Source: Octopus sinensis
Taxonomy: Eukaryota
Assembly: GCF_006345805.1 (NCBI RefSeq)
Contig: NC_043004.1
Coordinates: 84,196,001-84,260,000, forward strand
Reading direction: 5' to 3'
Length of the DNA stretch: 64,000 nucleotides
In this document: positions 14,002 through 28,382 of the stretch, in pieces
Layout: each line of letters opens with the position of its first letter
Position numbering within the stretch: position 1 is the stretch's first letter
Made by a program: the position numbers and the translations under genes
Notes under the pieces: model-generated
Databases searched by the model: none
The model's input: the letters and a program-made list of their open reading frames with translations, nothing else
Told to the model about the DNA's origin: nothing

Positions 14002-14340
14002 GGCGGTGAGATGGCAAACTCATTCACCCGCTGGATACATGCTTACCGGAATTTTGACCGTCGCTACGTTTTGTAATCATATTCAGCCGTGGTCGATGTT
14101 GCCTTTCATCTTTCCGGGTGCGATAGATCAAATACCAGTGAAAAACTGTGGGCGATGTAATCGATGCATCCCCTCATCCTCAATGGCTGCCCTTGTAGCT
14201 GGTAGAAACGGCGAGCTGGTAGAAACGTTAGCACACCGGATGAAATGCTTAGCGGCATTTCGTCTGCCGCTACGTTCCGAGTTCAAATTCCGCTGCGGTC
14301 GACTTTCCTTTTCATCCTTTCGGGATGTGCCGAGAGTAGA
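14001..14340 (+). mobile_element. Tandem pair of tRNA-derived SINEs (Nin/Deu-like body), second copy 3'-truncated
   Basis: Two heads (AGGCGGTGAGATGGCAAAC...; GGCGAGCTGGTAGAAACGTTAGCAC...GAGTTCAAATTCC), each followed by CTTTCATC(C/T)TT. The first continues with GATAGATCAAATACCAG...GATGTAATCGA. Confidence 0.75.
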
Positions 14341-14354
14341 AAATATTATTATTT

Positions 14355-14545
<191 letters not shown>

Positions 14546-14845
14546 AGTAGTAGTTGTAGATGTTGTATGCGTTGATATATTTTATGGTCGTTCATATTCA
14601 GAACGTTGAGGAAATTAAGTGAGCCTGCACTTAAACATAAATCAATCGCCAGTGTTCTGGTCATAAAATAACTAAGAACAGTGCTGGAAATAACAAACGC
14701 AAATAACAGCAGATGCAAGCATCCAAAATGAAGGATAAAACAAGAACTGGGTGTGTATATTGGATCAGATATATTATTTTAGGAAACGCTAGCCTTTTCT
14801 TTTATTAGAATCGGATACTTGTGGTAATAAACATACGTTTATATA

Positions 14846-14928
<83 letters not shown>

Positions 14929-15142
14929 TATATAAACATTTCTTGTGTTTGAGTGTCTGTGTGCAAACGTGCGCGCTTGAGTGCGTGGATGCATTAATGT
15001 ATATTAATGTAAATCGGAATATACGAAGTAATGAAAGCAGAATAACTAACTCATTTGCTTTTTACATGATTTTAGTTCATATTTTTATATAAATTTTGTC
15101 CTATCCATTTGTAATTGAAGAGTACGTATAAACATCTTTTGT

Positions 15143-15183
<41 letters not shown>

Positions 15184-15197
15184 TTTCTCTCTCTCCT

Positions 15198-15244
<47 letters not shown>

Positions 15245-15246
15245 TC

Positions 15247-15603
15247 TTTACACTCTTTACTTGTTTCAGTCATTTGACTGCGGCTATGCTGGAGCACCGC
15301 CTTTATATTCGAGCAAATTTTCTATGGTTATTTTGTCGAACCGCTGATTTACGGGGACGTAATCACACCAGGATCGGTTCTCAAGGAATGTTGGGGGGGG
15401 GGGACAAACACCCACACATATATACAAATACATATACATATACGACGGGCTTCTTCCAGTTTCCTTCGACCAAAGCCACTCACAAGCATTTAGTCGGCCC
15501 GAGGCTATAGTAGAAGACACTTTCCCAATGTGCCACGCAGTTGGACTGAACCCGGGACCATGTGGTTGGTAAGCAAGCTACTTACCATGCGGCCACTCCT
15601 GCG

Positions 15604-15607
<4 letters not shown>
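15247..15607 (-). mobile_element. tRNA-head, CORE-like SINE with LINE-type tail (copy A)
   Basis: Minus strand: ATAGGCGCAGGAGTGGCC...GGTAAGTAGC (A-box-like), GGTTCAGTCC (B-box-like), TTGGGAAAGTGTCTT (CORE-like), central TA/TG tract, tail AAAGGCGGTGCTCCAGCATAGCCGCAGTCAAATGACTGAAACAAG. Confidence 0.85.
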
Positions 15608-15656
<49 letters not shown>

Positions 15657-16101
15657 TACATTTATATGTGTATGTATGTAAATATCACCTACGTATATAT
15701 ATATGTGTGTGTGTGTGTGCGTGTATATGTGTGTGTAAGTGTTGGTATAACCAATATGAGAAGAAGAATATTGTATTCTTAAAAATAGAGTATGTTTTAG
15801 TGTAAGGATGTTTTCTGCATTCGCCATGAAGTGTATCAATAATCACACGCACAGAAAAAAAAGGGGTTTACTTGGATGCGTTGTCAAAATAACAAAGCTA
15901 TAAAATACGTAACTCTATCAATAAGACACGTATATGTGTTGTGAATATTTATAAACACTAAGGCTGACTTAGATAACACTATTTCATCATTCTCTAGGAT
16001 ATTGATCATGCGTAATGCATGGTGAAATAACAACTAGAATTTGCCCGGACAGAACATAGAAGTGTTGTTCGAAAGATAAGAAACGAATATATATATTATA
16101 T

Positions 16102-16133
<32 letters not shown>

Positions 16134-16734
16134 ATATATATATATATTCATACATACATATTTATAAATATACATATATATATGCATGTATATATATATA
16201 TAGATTATATATATATTAATATATACTATTATATATATATATTATATATATATAAGATATATATATATATATATATGAATATATACTGCGTAACAATCAC
16301 GCGTTCATGACCGTACAATTGAAAAAGGAAATACAGCCTGTGTTTATTTAACGTAGCATACAGATTTTCGTATTCACATTAATCCTACATGGAACTGTTT
16401 AAAAATACAAGGTCGAAGGTCTCGTTAATATCTAAATTCTATCGCTGTTTGTGATATACATTATTATCAACGAGTGCTTCTTTCTACAAGACATTATACT
16501 GTGTGTGAATAAATGTACGCTTACGTACGCGAATACGTAAAGATGTATACTGTAATATGAAATAATATGATATTATATATCTGTGTCTTTGAGATTACGT
16601 GAGATTATATGTTTATGTGAGTATGCACACACGCACACACAGATACACACACACACACAGATACACACACACACACACAAACGCATATGTATGTATTTCA
16701 ATATAGACAGATAAGAGATGGGGGTTATAAAAAA

Positions 16735-17306
16735 GGAAGACAAGAAGAATAAAAGAAGTAGAAAATAAAAGATGAGGTGGAGAAGAAGAAGAAGAAGAAG
16801 AAGAAGAATGAGGAGGAGGAGGAGGAGGATGAAATGAAGAAGTAGAGAAGGAGAAGAAGAAGAAGAAGAAGAAGAAGAAGGGGAGGAAGAGTAGGAGGAG
16901 AAGGAAATGAAGAAGTAGAGAAGAAGAAGGAGAAGAAGACGAAGAAGGAGGAGGAGGAAGAGGAAATGAAGAAATAGAGAGGAAGAAGAATAAGAATAAG
17001 AAGGGGAGGAAGAGTAGGAGGAGAAGGAAATGAAGAAGTGGAGAAGAAGAAGGAGAAGAAGACGAAGAAGGAGGAGGTGGAGGAGGAAATGAAGAAATAG
17101 AGAGGAAGAAGAATAAGAATAAGAAGGAGGAGGAGGAAATGAAGAAGCAGAGAAGAAGAAGCAGAAGAAGAAGAAGGAGGAGGAGGAGGAGGAGAAGGAA
17201 ATGAAGAAATAGAGAAGAAGAAGGAGAAGAAGAAGAAGAAGAAGAAGAAGAAGAAGAAGGAGGAGGAGGAGGGGGGGAAATGAAGAAGTAGAGAAGCAGA
17301 AAAGAA

Positions 17307-17338
<32 letters not shown>

Positions 17339-17420
17339 AGAAGGAGGAGGAGGAGGGGGAGGAAATGAAGAAGTAGAGAAGCAGAAGAAGAAGAAGAAGA
17401 AGAAGAAGAAGAAGAAGAAA
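16735..17420. repeat. Compound polypurine (GAA/GGA) tract of about 690 bp with higher-order units
   Basis: GAAATGAAGAA(G/A) anchor recurs about 9 times; a 123-bp unit is duplicated (starts 16880 and 17003). Confidence 0.95.
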
Positions 17421-17498
17421 ATTGTAGTCTGAAGGTAAACAAATTTATTTCCAATCATTTTATAGTTTATTTGCCGTAATTAAAACTTCCATATACTC

Positions 17499-19821
17499 GA
17501 TGGGTCACCAAATTACGATTCACGGGCCGGATCCGGCCCATGACGTCAATTTGTCCGGCCTGCCTTCGTATGCTGAAAAAAGTAAACATTCTTTTATACT
17601 GCTTCTTACATTTTTTAGATTACGCATGTCATACATATATTGTGTCAGTCACTATATATTTCTCACGAAATACAGTACATCACGTGTGCCTCGGGCTGGT
17701 CAGTTATTTGTGATTACAGTTAAAATGAGAATATCTGACGCCGAAGCTTAAGACTTCTGTTGTTTTTTCTTCACTCATCTTTATGGCTACTAAGAAGACA
17801 AAGGTTGATGATTTTCAATATAGAATGGAGAGAAAAGCATTTCTTTGTGGAAACAAACGACCAGAAATCTAGATGCCTGATATGCAACGAAAGTGCTGCT
17901 GTTATAAAAGACTTTAATATTGGTCGTCACTTCGAAGCAAAACATCTGTCAACACATTATAAATATTCTGGAAAGTTGAAGTCCGAGAAATTTGAATCAA
18001 TGAAACGTAGTTTTGAATCTCAAAGGAATTTCGTTACTAAAGTTTGTTGAAAATGAATCTATCACCCGTGTAAGTTACAAAATAGTGAATCAATTGGCAG
18101 AGCGAGGAAAACCATTTACTGACGGAAACTTTTTAAAACAGTACATGGCGGAAACAGCAAATGACTTGTGCCCTGAAAAAGCTAACATGCTTGGCTGAAT
18201 CAACCTTTCAGCAAGATGAGTTGTGCGGAGAATAGAACTTGCACAGAATATACAGTTACATATATATGAGAAAGCTAAGAAGTTTTTGTGGTATTCATTC
18301 TCTTGCGATGGATGAGTCTACGGAACTCTCTAGTACGTCATAACTTTTTGTTTTCATTCGTGGTCTTAATTACAACTTTGAGATTATAGAAGAAATCACA
18401 TCCGTTTGCAGTATACATGGAGCAACAACTGGAGAAAATATTTTCATAGAGGTGCAGAGAACTTTGCAAAACTATGAACTTCAGTGCAATCAGCTTCGGT
18501 GTGTTACAGTCGACGGGGAAAAAATATGGCAGGTGTGAGGAAGGGTTTGGTCGGGCGGATCCTGACCAAGTTACAGGAACTTCAACTTCCGAAAGCTCAG
18601 CTTATACACTGCATTATACATCAGCAAACACTCTGTGGAAAATACCTAGATATATCTCGCGTACTAAAACCGGTTACAACTGTGGTGAACTTTATTCGGA
18701 ATCATGGGCTTAATCACCGACAGTTCCAGGCTTTCCTTGAAGAAATGGATTCTGATTTCTGTAACTTGCTTTACTACATAGAAGTGAGATAGCTCAGTTG
18801 AGGTAAAATCCTGTTTCGTTTTTATAAGCTCTGAAGAGAAATATATCTTTTTTTCTCACCGAAAATAATATAACTTATCCACAGCTGACAGGTCATTTTT
18901 AGTTGTTGTCATTTCTCATATACATGAATTGAATTTAAAACTGGAAGGAATGAATAATATTGTTTGTGATCTCCACAGAATTATTGCAGCATTTCGGAGA
19001 AAACTACATTGTTTGAAGCACAGCTTAAAGGAGGAATCTTGTCTCATTTTCAGTCTTTTCAAAGGTTTTGCACAGAATAATGTGGAGCATGTTAACCTCG
19101 TGTTTCAGAAAAAAGATAATCGGGACTTAAATTAGCATTTTTCTCAACGATTTTTAGATCTTGACAGAATTGAGAATGAAATTATTTTGTTTGATAATCC
19201 CTTTGGCTGTAATCTTCATAACATGCCAACTGAACTACAACTGGAGTTTATTGACTTGCAAGCTAATACCTTGCTGAAAGAGAAGAACAGAGAAAACTCA
19301 TTTTATTGCTACTTGCCTGCTGATGAGTTAACAAAATTGAAAACATTTGCCTGATGAATGATATCAGGTTTTAGAACAACTTGTGTTTCTGAGCAAACCT
19401 TATCAAAAATGGTGTGAATTCAATACATCGAACACGGCTCATGGATGAACATTTGAAAGCAATTCTTATAGTTGGCTGCAGCAATCATAAAGCAAATGTT
19501 GATGATATCTGGGAAGCAAAACGCCAGCTTTGCAAATCTCATTAACGTTTGTGCTGATTTTTATGCAATTCAGCTGTGTGCGCACTTTTTCTAAAAATTC
19601 TAACCTGCTAATATTTTGGTATTATTAAAAATATCTTTATTGTTTTTATTATTTTGTGTATTTTATGTATTAATAAATAAATAGGATGACTGTATTGTTT
19701 GTGTATATTCAGTGTATTCTGTATAGTACTGAACTGAACAAAATATTTATCCGGCCCGCGCTTGGCATTTTTTTTTTTTAGCTATATCTGGCCCACTATG
19801 AAAAATATTTTGTAACCCCTG
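17499..19821 (+). mobile_element. Full-length decayed hAT transposon (SPIN/Charlie/Buster type)
   Basis: Left TIR GATGGGTCACCAAAT versus right TIR revcomp CAGGGGTTACAAAAT (11/15). Subterminal GGCCGGATCCGGCCC and CCGGCCCGCG. Flanking 8-mers ATATACTC and ATGTACAC (6/8, degenerate TSD). Confidence 0.9.
17783..19545 (+). pseudogene. hAT transposase pseudogene (GTF2IRD2/EPM2AIP1/SPIN-like)
   Basis: RCLICNESAAVIKDFNIGRHFEAKH zinc finger; AMDESTE (first D); VTVDGEKNMAG (second D); HCIIHQQ; YYIEVR*LS. Many stops and frameshifts. Confidence 0.92.
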
Positions 19822-21804
19822 ATGTACACTATAAAGTCGAAGAAATATCAGGTGTTGTATCTTGTACAGCTTCGAAGCGCTGAATCAACTACAATTTGAA
19901 ACTCGATTTGAAGTTTCCCTTTAGAAAGCATGGCGCTAAATCTCTAACACAACTGTCTTGAAACATTTACATTCCACATGGAAATATATTAACACATGTT
20001 TTCAGCTCCAAATGGATTCATTTAGTATGCAAGGCTGTACAATGGAGTTGCATTTGAAGGAAATAAACAGACTGATAATTACTTGTTTTTGTTTTTGTCT
20101 TGAATGGGTAAATAGTTACTGGAAAAGGGAAGTAAAAAAAAACATATAAAAGTTTTAAGAGACAAATGAGTGGGTGTCATTAAACTGAGAGTTGATTAAA
20201 AATTGAAATATTGCAAATTGTGCAGCCAAGCGGCTCTATTAAATGCCGTAGTAGACATCTCATCAACATTTAGAAATAATGAGTATTGTTTTTTTTTTGT
20301 TTTGCCCCATCCGTCTGTAAATCGTTTTTTTTCCCTTGAGATACACTATAGTTCCTCTCTATAGAAAGTAGGCAAAGAAGTTGAAATGGATTGTTTCAAA
20401 ATTAAATTCGATGCTTGCAATATCTCTACTTGAGATTTGCAAATACGTGGTTTGCATAACTACATGCAGGATTAAAGGTTTTCGGATAAGGTTTTAATAT
20501 GCAGAGAATTGGGAATTGCTCATTCAGAGGTTCACATCGATTATACACTTTTCTATTGCAAGCGTAATACACCTGTCCGATATTTAAAATTTATTTTTAT
20601 ATTCTGACAATTATAAGTGTAAAATTACTCTGTCGAATTGTTAAATTTAAACGTATTTTTTATATATATGAAAGGTGAAAATAGATCCAAAAATTTAATT
20701 CAAAGAATATTATGCGTCCATGTGTTCATGAAATCATAGGAAATATACTTGTGTATATGCGTGTGCGTGCGTTTGTGTTTCTTAGTTTGGGTGTGTATGT
20801 GTGTGTGTGCGCGCGTGCATTTGTGTGTGTGTGTGTGTGTGTGTGCGTGTCTGTGACCTTGTGTGCATATATGTATATTGATATCATTTCTGGATACGAC
20901 ACCACGGACGGTGTCCGCTCATGTAACATATCGAGAGTGGGATCACGACGTATTACGAAACATAGATTGTAAAATAAGTACAATATAGCACATTTTTGAT
21001 GAAATATACATAAATATTATACAAAATATTTTTTTTAAATAAAAAAATTGTAATTATTTAGAACGTTCCGTATAACAACACATAATGCTAAAATGTCACC
21101 CAATCGTACCGGATGGTAAAGTAAATATATATTTGACATATGCCGACTAATTATGATGAACCCGTTTCGATACCTGGTAGTATATTCTACATATCAAATT
21201 CAACTGTATTAATAAAGGATAATATATACATCAACAATTCTTAACATCGTTCAGAGGACTCGAAGAAATATCACAATTATGCGTAGAGGGATATATATTT
21301 GTAGTTTATAGCTCTGAACGAAGGAGAGTAAGTTAATGTGAAAGTATGAACTAACACCATGTATTATATGATATAGTTAATCTGTTTCATTACTGTCTAT
21401 ATTCCGATTTAGGCTTATATACGTTAATGCACACATAGGGAACCAAACTCCATGTTGACACACACATTCACACACACACACACGCACTCACATTTAAGCT
21501 CACACTCACATACACACAATAAGGTACACATATTTAGATGGATGTCCATATATGTCTTCACATTTATCTATAACTGAAGTCCATTGCTTACAGCTGTTAA
21601 CGCCACATTATTGTAAATAATAACAGCTCGTTTTGTTGGGCGAATGACAGATAAATTTCTTGTTTTCCGTGAATGGCATATTCGCTGAATCTAATACGTA
21701 ACGCTGGACTCCGTTGTTTTTTAAAAACTCGTTCATCCGTACACTCATTTACCGATATGGTCGCAGGCGTTCCGAGTTTATATACTATCGACGGTGTGTG
21801 TGTG

Positions 21805-21835
<31 letters not shown>

Positions 21836-21895
21836 ATTTATATGCACACACACATATAGATGTATATATATGAATAAATTATATGCATATATGTT

Positions 21896-21933
<38 letters not shown>

Positions 21934-22001
21934 ATAATATATATATAATATATATATATATATACACATAGGCATATGTATGTCCATATACATATATACA
22001 A

Positions 22002-22053
<52 letters not shown>

Positions 22054-22057
22054 GTAT

Positions 22058-22088
<31 letters not shown>

Positions 22089-22658
22089 GTGTATATATAT
22101 TATATATATATATATATTATATATATATGTATAAATTATGTAGAGGCGTTTGTGTAAGTGTGGATTAAATAGTTTTCTGAAAGAGAAAATGTAAAATAAA
22201 TCGGGGATATCTAGAAAAAAAACCGTTCCCTGAATCGAAGATTGCCAATTCTGATACGGCATTGTGTACGGATGCAGCTTCCTTCAATATCTCGATGCTT
22301 CTCTTATTCATAAAAGCATCATCCGATGTTATGTATTCAACATATCCATAACTATAACATATATTCACATATTTCTTTCGGAGAATAACGATCCAATGTT
22401 TCATTCATTCTGTATTCTGAATGTTATCGGTAAATGGATAGAGATAATGTATAGTGAAGTATGATTCGTAATGGATAAATTCTATAAGAATCGAAATGTA
22501 CTGACAATGATACAAGTGCGCAACACCTCATGTATATGTGTGTCTGAGAGAGTGATGGAGAGAGAGTGAGAGAATTTGCGTTTGTGTGCGTGCGTACGTG
22601 AGCAAGTGATGTATGTGCGCTTGTGTGTTAATTCATGGTATACATATGTGTATATACG

Positions 22659-22690
<32 letters not shown>

Positions 22691-25587
22691 TATATGTGTC
22701 TGTGTGTGGGTGGGTGTGTGTGTTAATGCATATGTGCTTCTATATACATATGTGTGTGAACATATAAGTATAGATATTTATATTTTTATTTTCATATACA
22801 TTCAGCTGTACACATCTATAGTATACTTATAGGTAAATTTATGTGTGTATGTATGTATATATACGCGTGTCCGTGTATGCTCGTGCGTTTAAACATAGAA
22901 CGTTGTGCCCCCCCCCCACACACACACCTTTTTTGTCATTTTTGACCCCTTTATTCAGAGTTACAAAACTTGCAAACGATATACAGGACATACACGGAAC
23001 CTCAAATTGTATCTCGTCAACAATTGGACGATTCATTTGGTGGGATACTCTGTGATATTTATAGCATGATTTTACGTTGCTATATTCACAATTCTGTTAT
23101 GCTCAATGATATAATGAAAGTTATGCTTGTTCAGTTTGTTTCTTCTTTAGAGATTTGAACTCAATGTATTCTGTAAATTTGATAGTCCCTAAAATTAGAT
23201 GCTGTCACGAAACGCCAGTTACTCTTTCGTGGATTTTGTCAATATGTTGATTGCACACTCATACGTAGGCATTTACTTCATCAAACCTTCCAAATTTTCA
23301 TTTCTGCCAAAACTTTATCCAGATCTTGACAGAAAGCCCCTAAAAATTTAAATATATTCATATATTTTTCTTCACTTTCATTCGCATTCTAAATTCTTGC
23401 TATCAAACTTGAATTTTGTACGCATTTGTATTTTATAATTATGTAGAGTTTGCAATTTCGGACACAAGGATTTGTAATTTTCTTTACTTTTTTAATAGAT
23501 TCGCTTCTTAGTATAAATTTCATCGTCATCGTTATTATAATGTTCATAGGCGGCAAAGAAATCAATAAGAAGTGTACTGTATCAAGATTTTTTTTTCTTT
23601 TATCATGTATAACGATTAAGCAAAAAGAGTTTGCCATGTTAGACTCATGGATACGTAATGCTTACTCCACTAATAACCTTGGAATATGCATGAATGTAAA
23701 GAAACAAAACGCAATATGTCTGGGTAGATTAAGTCCTGAAATATACGCTTCTTCACTGAACCATTCCACAAAAAAAAACAAAGAAAATTTGGATAAAATT
23801 ATTCTTAACACCATAATGGTAAATAAGGATTGCTGGTTCCTACCTTGAGACGCTCCAATAAAAACTTGTTATAAGGTTATGAATCCATACGCTGTCTACA
23901 GGATAGAGATTGGGAAATTTAGACGTTCATATTTTACCGACAACTACCAATGTGCTACATGTCATATTTCTAAGAGAAAAAAATATATATTCTGGTTTGA
24001 GATGAAATAATCCTATCCTAACCGTCTGAGTGAATGGGTTTACATAAGTTTACTTAGCAGAAGTTTCATGCCTCAAAGATATACAATGTAAACGCGATAG
24101 TAAATATCTATATTTTGTTTCAGCACACAGTATTCCGGATAAAATTAATAATTGGATCGATATCATATCTTATACATGTGCAATCCATAACATTTAAACG
24201 TATTGTGTGGAATTGTCAATTCTATAAACTGATTGTATATACTTTTACAAAGTTTTGTGTACATTTTTGTAAATATTTTTTGTATTAGTATATAATATAT
24301 TCAGAGCAAGGTGTGATAGAAACGTTGATACCAGTAACGAAATATAGAAACAGTCCCCAATCGGATAAAATTGAATATTGGAACGGACAATTAAGGGAAA
24401 TTATGTGACACGGTTTTATTGCTTCCAGCATTTATTTTTCGTTATTTTCACTTGAATGAATACTTTTGATGGCCATGGGAATTTATTCGCTTAGATCTCC
24501 ATCTTCAGTTTTCCCAATAGCAAGATAAACCATAGACCCATGCAACTAAACACGTACAATACAACGTAACATATATTTGCTGCCAGAGGCCTGCAGAATT
24601 CTACAAAATGTACGACCTTACATGACATATAGTTTCGCTTAAATTTAATTTAGCAAGTTAAAATAAACTTTGCCATGGACTATTGTAGTAAATACACACA
24701 CACACACACACGTGTGTGTTTATTTTTTCTTGAATCAAATTCGGACGTGTCCATCATGTTATTTCTGGTAAGAACGGTCGATGTGAGAAGCGGGTAGATT
24801 TTCAAGGTTTATATGTATTGTTTCATGTATATGAGTTATCTTTCATTCGGACTTTCACTATTTAGTGTACCAGAACGAAAACTAGGGTAGTGCCAAATAT
24901 TTGCTTCTCGAACACTAATCAAAACAACGTTAATCTACATCAATCGTAATACGACTGTTGTTGGAAATTGATTGCCATAAATTCCAGTTCTGTTTTTCTG
25001 TTCCTTTCTTGTATGCTATGTATTAATCTAATGTGGGTAAAGTTCAGCCGATACTTCGCTCTCTTCGTTTCCGTCAAAATTCGGCGTCGTACGTCAGTGC
25101 ATTCTCTCACTTGACACTCTCGAAATTGGATTTTCAGAAAGAACAGGATTAAATATAAAGACTAAGAAAAACTGTGAACGTCGGAACTTATTCTTTGATA
25201 GGAGCAAATTGATTAATATCAAAGAAGAACCGCATATTCAGCAGAAGTTTATATTATATTCTAAGTCTTGCAATTTACCTATGATAAAACTGCAGATACT
25301 GTCAAAAAGATATTGACAAAACGTCATATATAAATAGTCTGAAAACTTGAATACACGTCATACATTAAATGAGGGGTAGGACAACACGTGAGAAATCCGA
25401 AAAAGAAAACACAGGAAAGGTAAAATAAAGTTCATGTTTTATACAAAATAAAAACATCATCTGTTCAATTTTTGGAGTCATGCAAGGTGCTAATATGTTC
25501 AGCATAATGTACTGTGTCAATTACAACCATTTTCTTGTGTAGGTATATATACCAAAGTGTAGAACTGAAAATCAGTTCAAAAGTTAT

Positions 25588-26290
25588 AAAGCAGCATAGC
25601 CCGGCGTTGCCCGGATATGTAAGAAACTTTGTCGATAAGCAATGCCTTTTTTTTGTTCTCATTCAACAGTTATTTTGTAAAATGAAGTCTAAAAGTCATT
25701 AAGGCATTCAAGGCAACGTTCCCTTGCATGCATGAAGAAAATCTATGACAGTCAAAGTGCATTTTCTGGTTTTGTTTAGCACACCCAACACAGTTCTGCG
25801 GTTTTTTCCAGTAATAACGTATGCTATTGGAATCAAAAATGCCATATATCTCTACTTGGAGCAGACATGATGCTCGCTGTGAATTTAAAAAAAAATTCCT
25901 GTCAAATTGTTAAAGATATTGTCGAAAATATGTCATCTTGAATTTGAACGCGATTTCCCAAAATGGCATGATTTTATCGATTTTTTCTGATGGTAAGGTA
26001 TTGCATGGAAAAATAACGTCAGAATTAAATACTTTAGGGTAACATTAAGTTGCGAAAACTACAACGGAAAATGTGCTGCATATGATAAGCTTAGATTCTC
26101 GACTCCATGTCGAATTTATCGATTATTTTCAGAACTGGGGGAACTTTTCAAAATCTTCCCTGCGTTAGTTTTGAATTATGACAGTGGGCTATGTGTGTGT
26201 CAAGTTTCATCAGAATCGGTTGAAAGCCGTGGTCAGGGTGAGGGTACAACCTGACAGACACACAGACAAACTGCCTTTTATGTATATAGA
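25588..26290 (-). mobile_element. Non-autonomous Helitron-like element (about 700 bp)
   Basis: Minus strand begins TCTATATACATAAAAGGCAGTTTGTCTGTGTGTCTGTC (5' TC) and ends with the GC hairpin CCGGGCAACGCCGGG followed by CTATGCTGCTT (degenerate CTRR). Confidence 0.75.
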
Positions 26291-26780
26291 AATATCACGT
26301 TACACTACATAATATCTAACGTTCATTATATATATTTACCTTCTGACGTAGCCTTCAGTGATTGTAAATGTATCAAGCCAACAAAAGATTTTTTGAGAGA
26401 GTACAATAGTTATTGAAACAAATGGCTTCTATTTTAGGTATGTTTTCCTTATTCGTATTATTTGTACAGAGTTGCAAAATAAGTTATTTTTAAAGCCAGA
26501 GTTGGCTAGGGGATTGCTGTGGTAATGGGATGGCTTATCAAAAATTTCTTTAGAAGAAAAGTTAGATATTCCGTTGGTAATAGTGTATATCAGGATTTGA
26601 AGCACTATTGGGAGATGATGACAAAATTGTGTATGTAGGAATATTTCTCGAGTGCTTATTGTATGGTTTAAAAGTGGGTGAGTTTAAATCTAGAGAAACT
26701 CTTGACAGATTAGGAATAAGTGAGATCTTAAGGCCTAATTGGTTAAAGGTGGTGGTGGTTTGTCTCCTAACATATATATA

Positions 26781-26844
<64 letters not shown>

Positions 26845-26847
<3 letters not shown>

Positions 26848-27088
26848 TCTGCTTAAATAATGGAAGTTCAAATACAATATCCTTACGTATCTCACGTCTG
26901 TTTTCATTCCTCCACTTCACGCTGTATTTCATATCTTCTCTATAACGACTATTACTTAAACATTCTCTGGCACTGTCTGTGAAGAAGGAATAAATAAAAT
27001 TCTCCGGAAACAGCTGTAAGACCATATCTTTATAATTGTTCTGAAAACTATTCACAGCCTTGGATATTTTTAATCTCATTCTGTTAAT
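26845..27088 (+). mobile_element. Short Penelope-pLTR/retrozyme-like insert between two (TA)n tracts
   Basis: About 240 bp bounded by (TA)n on both sides; contains a minimal hammerhead motif and a T-rich 3' end. Confidence 0.55.
26975..27022 (+). ncRNA. Minimal type-I hammerhead ribozyme-like motif (position 3 mutated)
   Basis: GTCT-GTGAAGA-A-GGA...TCC-G-GAAA-CAGCTGT-A-AGAC: stem I GTCT/AGAC, palindromic stem III ACAGCTGT, GUA cleavage triplet. Core has G instead of C at position 3. Confidence 0.6.
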
Positions 27089-27131
27089 ATATATATATAT
27101 ATATATATATACACGCATACACACGCATGCA

Positions 27132-27202
<71 letters not shown>

Positions 27203-28317
27203 CATACATGCATGTGTGTGTGTATTTGTTTGCAAGCACCCTTGCGTATATGCAAGATTTTTACGCACACGCGTTAGAAAAGAAATTTGCGCAAGCTTAA
27301 GAAGACTTCAGGCACAAACTTTTTGAGTATCATTTAGACAATTAGGTGAAATGACGCCGTTACATATTTACTAGATAGCAACTTGTATCAAATGTTTCGA
27401 GATAAGAACGGATATTATGTTTGTCATGACGCAGATGTTTGCAGTGTAAATAATTGTAAATAACTTCCCCAAATATGAAAGGAATCCTTGACAGAAAAGT
27501 TTCCTTATCAGGAGAAATATGTCTATAAAGAAAGATTAGCAGCAACTTGTTGTTCATATGCAGAACAACAATATCAAATATTTCACAAGAAAAATATGCT
27601 AGCATAGAGGTAGTTAAAATGCGAATGCATCATAAAAAATATAGGTAATGCTTGATGTTACAGGCATAATAACCTAACTATCGCAAAGTTAAATGCGTTG
27701 CAGTGTTAAATGATAACAGTGTAGATTATAAACAGAAGGCATTTGATGTACGAAGCAGGAGACCGAAAAGGATATTCCGTCATAACTGTTTTGAATATCA
27801 AATTGGGTTTGTGAGGTAAACTGCGCATATACCTAGGGATATCTATGAAAGTAGTTGAGAGTATCACGTGGTATGAAAAAATAAAACAGGAATTATGAGC
27901 CTTTCTTTTCTTTTCTCAAAATTGCATCTTGACAAGGTGAACATACGCATGCCAGTTGTATATCAGACGCGCTGCCACACATATGTACGTGTGTATATGC
28001 GCACGCACGCCAAAACGTTTAAAGTAGCTGCCTTATCCTCCTGAGGTCGTATTATTGTGAATTGCTTCGTATTATTTAGTTACAATAACCAGTCTGCGTT
28101 ATATGACTGTTCTCACTTTTTGATCGATGGTTTTAGTTCATGAACGATGCAGAATTTGTTTGATCTTCAAAAATTGACTATATATTATGTCCTTTTGCAT
28201 AAAATGGTAATTTTAAAGTACGGAGTGTGGCACGTCGGTACACTGCAATAGCATGCGCATCCAAATATACATGTATACCTACATCTATATCTATGTCTAT
28301 AAATATCTATTTATCTG

Positions 28318-28382
<65 letters not shown>

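Noticed and set aside
22165-22404. ORF with an RNP1-like SYGYVEY motif
   Set aside because: Only a short motif; no RNP2 or convincing splice boundaries.
23450-23848. 132-aa ORF
   Set aside because: N-terminal half is low-complexity hydrophobic; no recognisable domain or exon signals.
27360-27610. Protein-like plus-strand stretch (LLDSNLYQMFRDKNGYY...)
   Set aside because: Interrupted by stops, short and unidentifiable.
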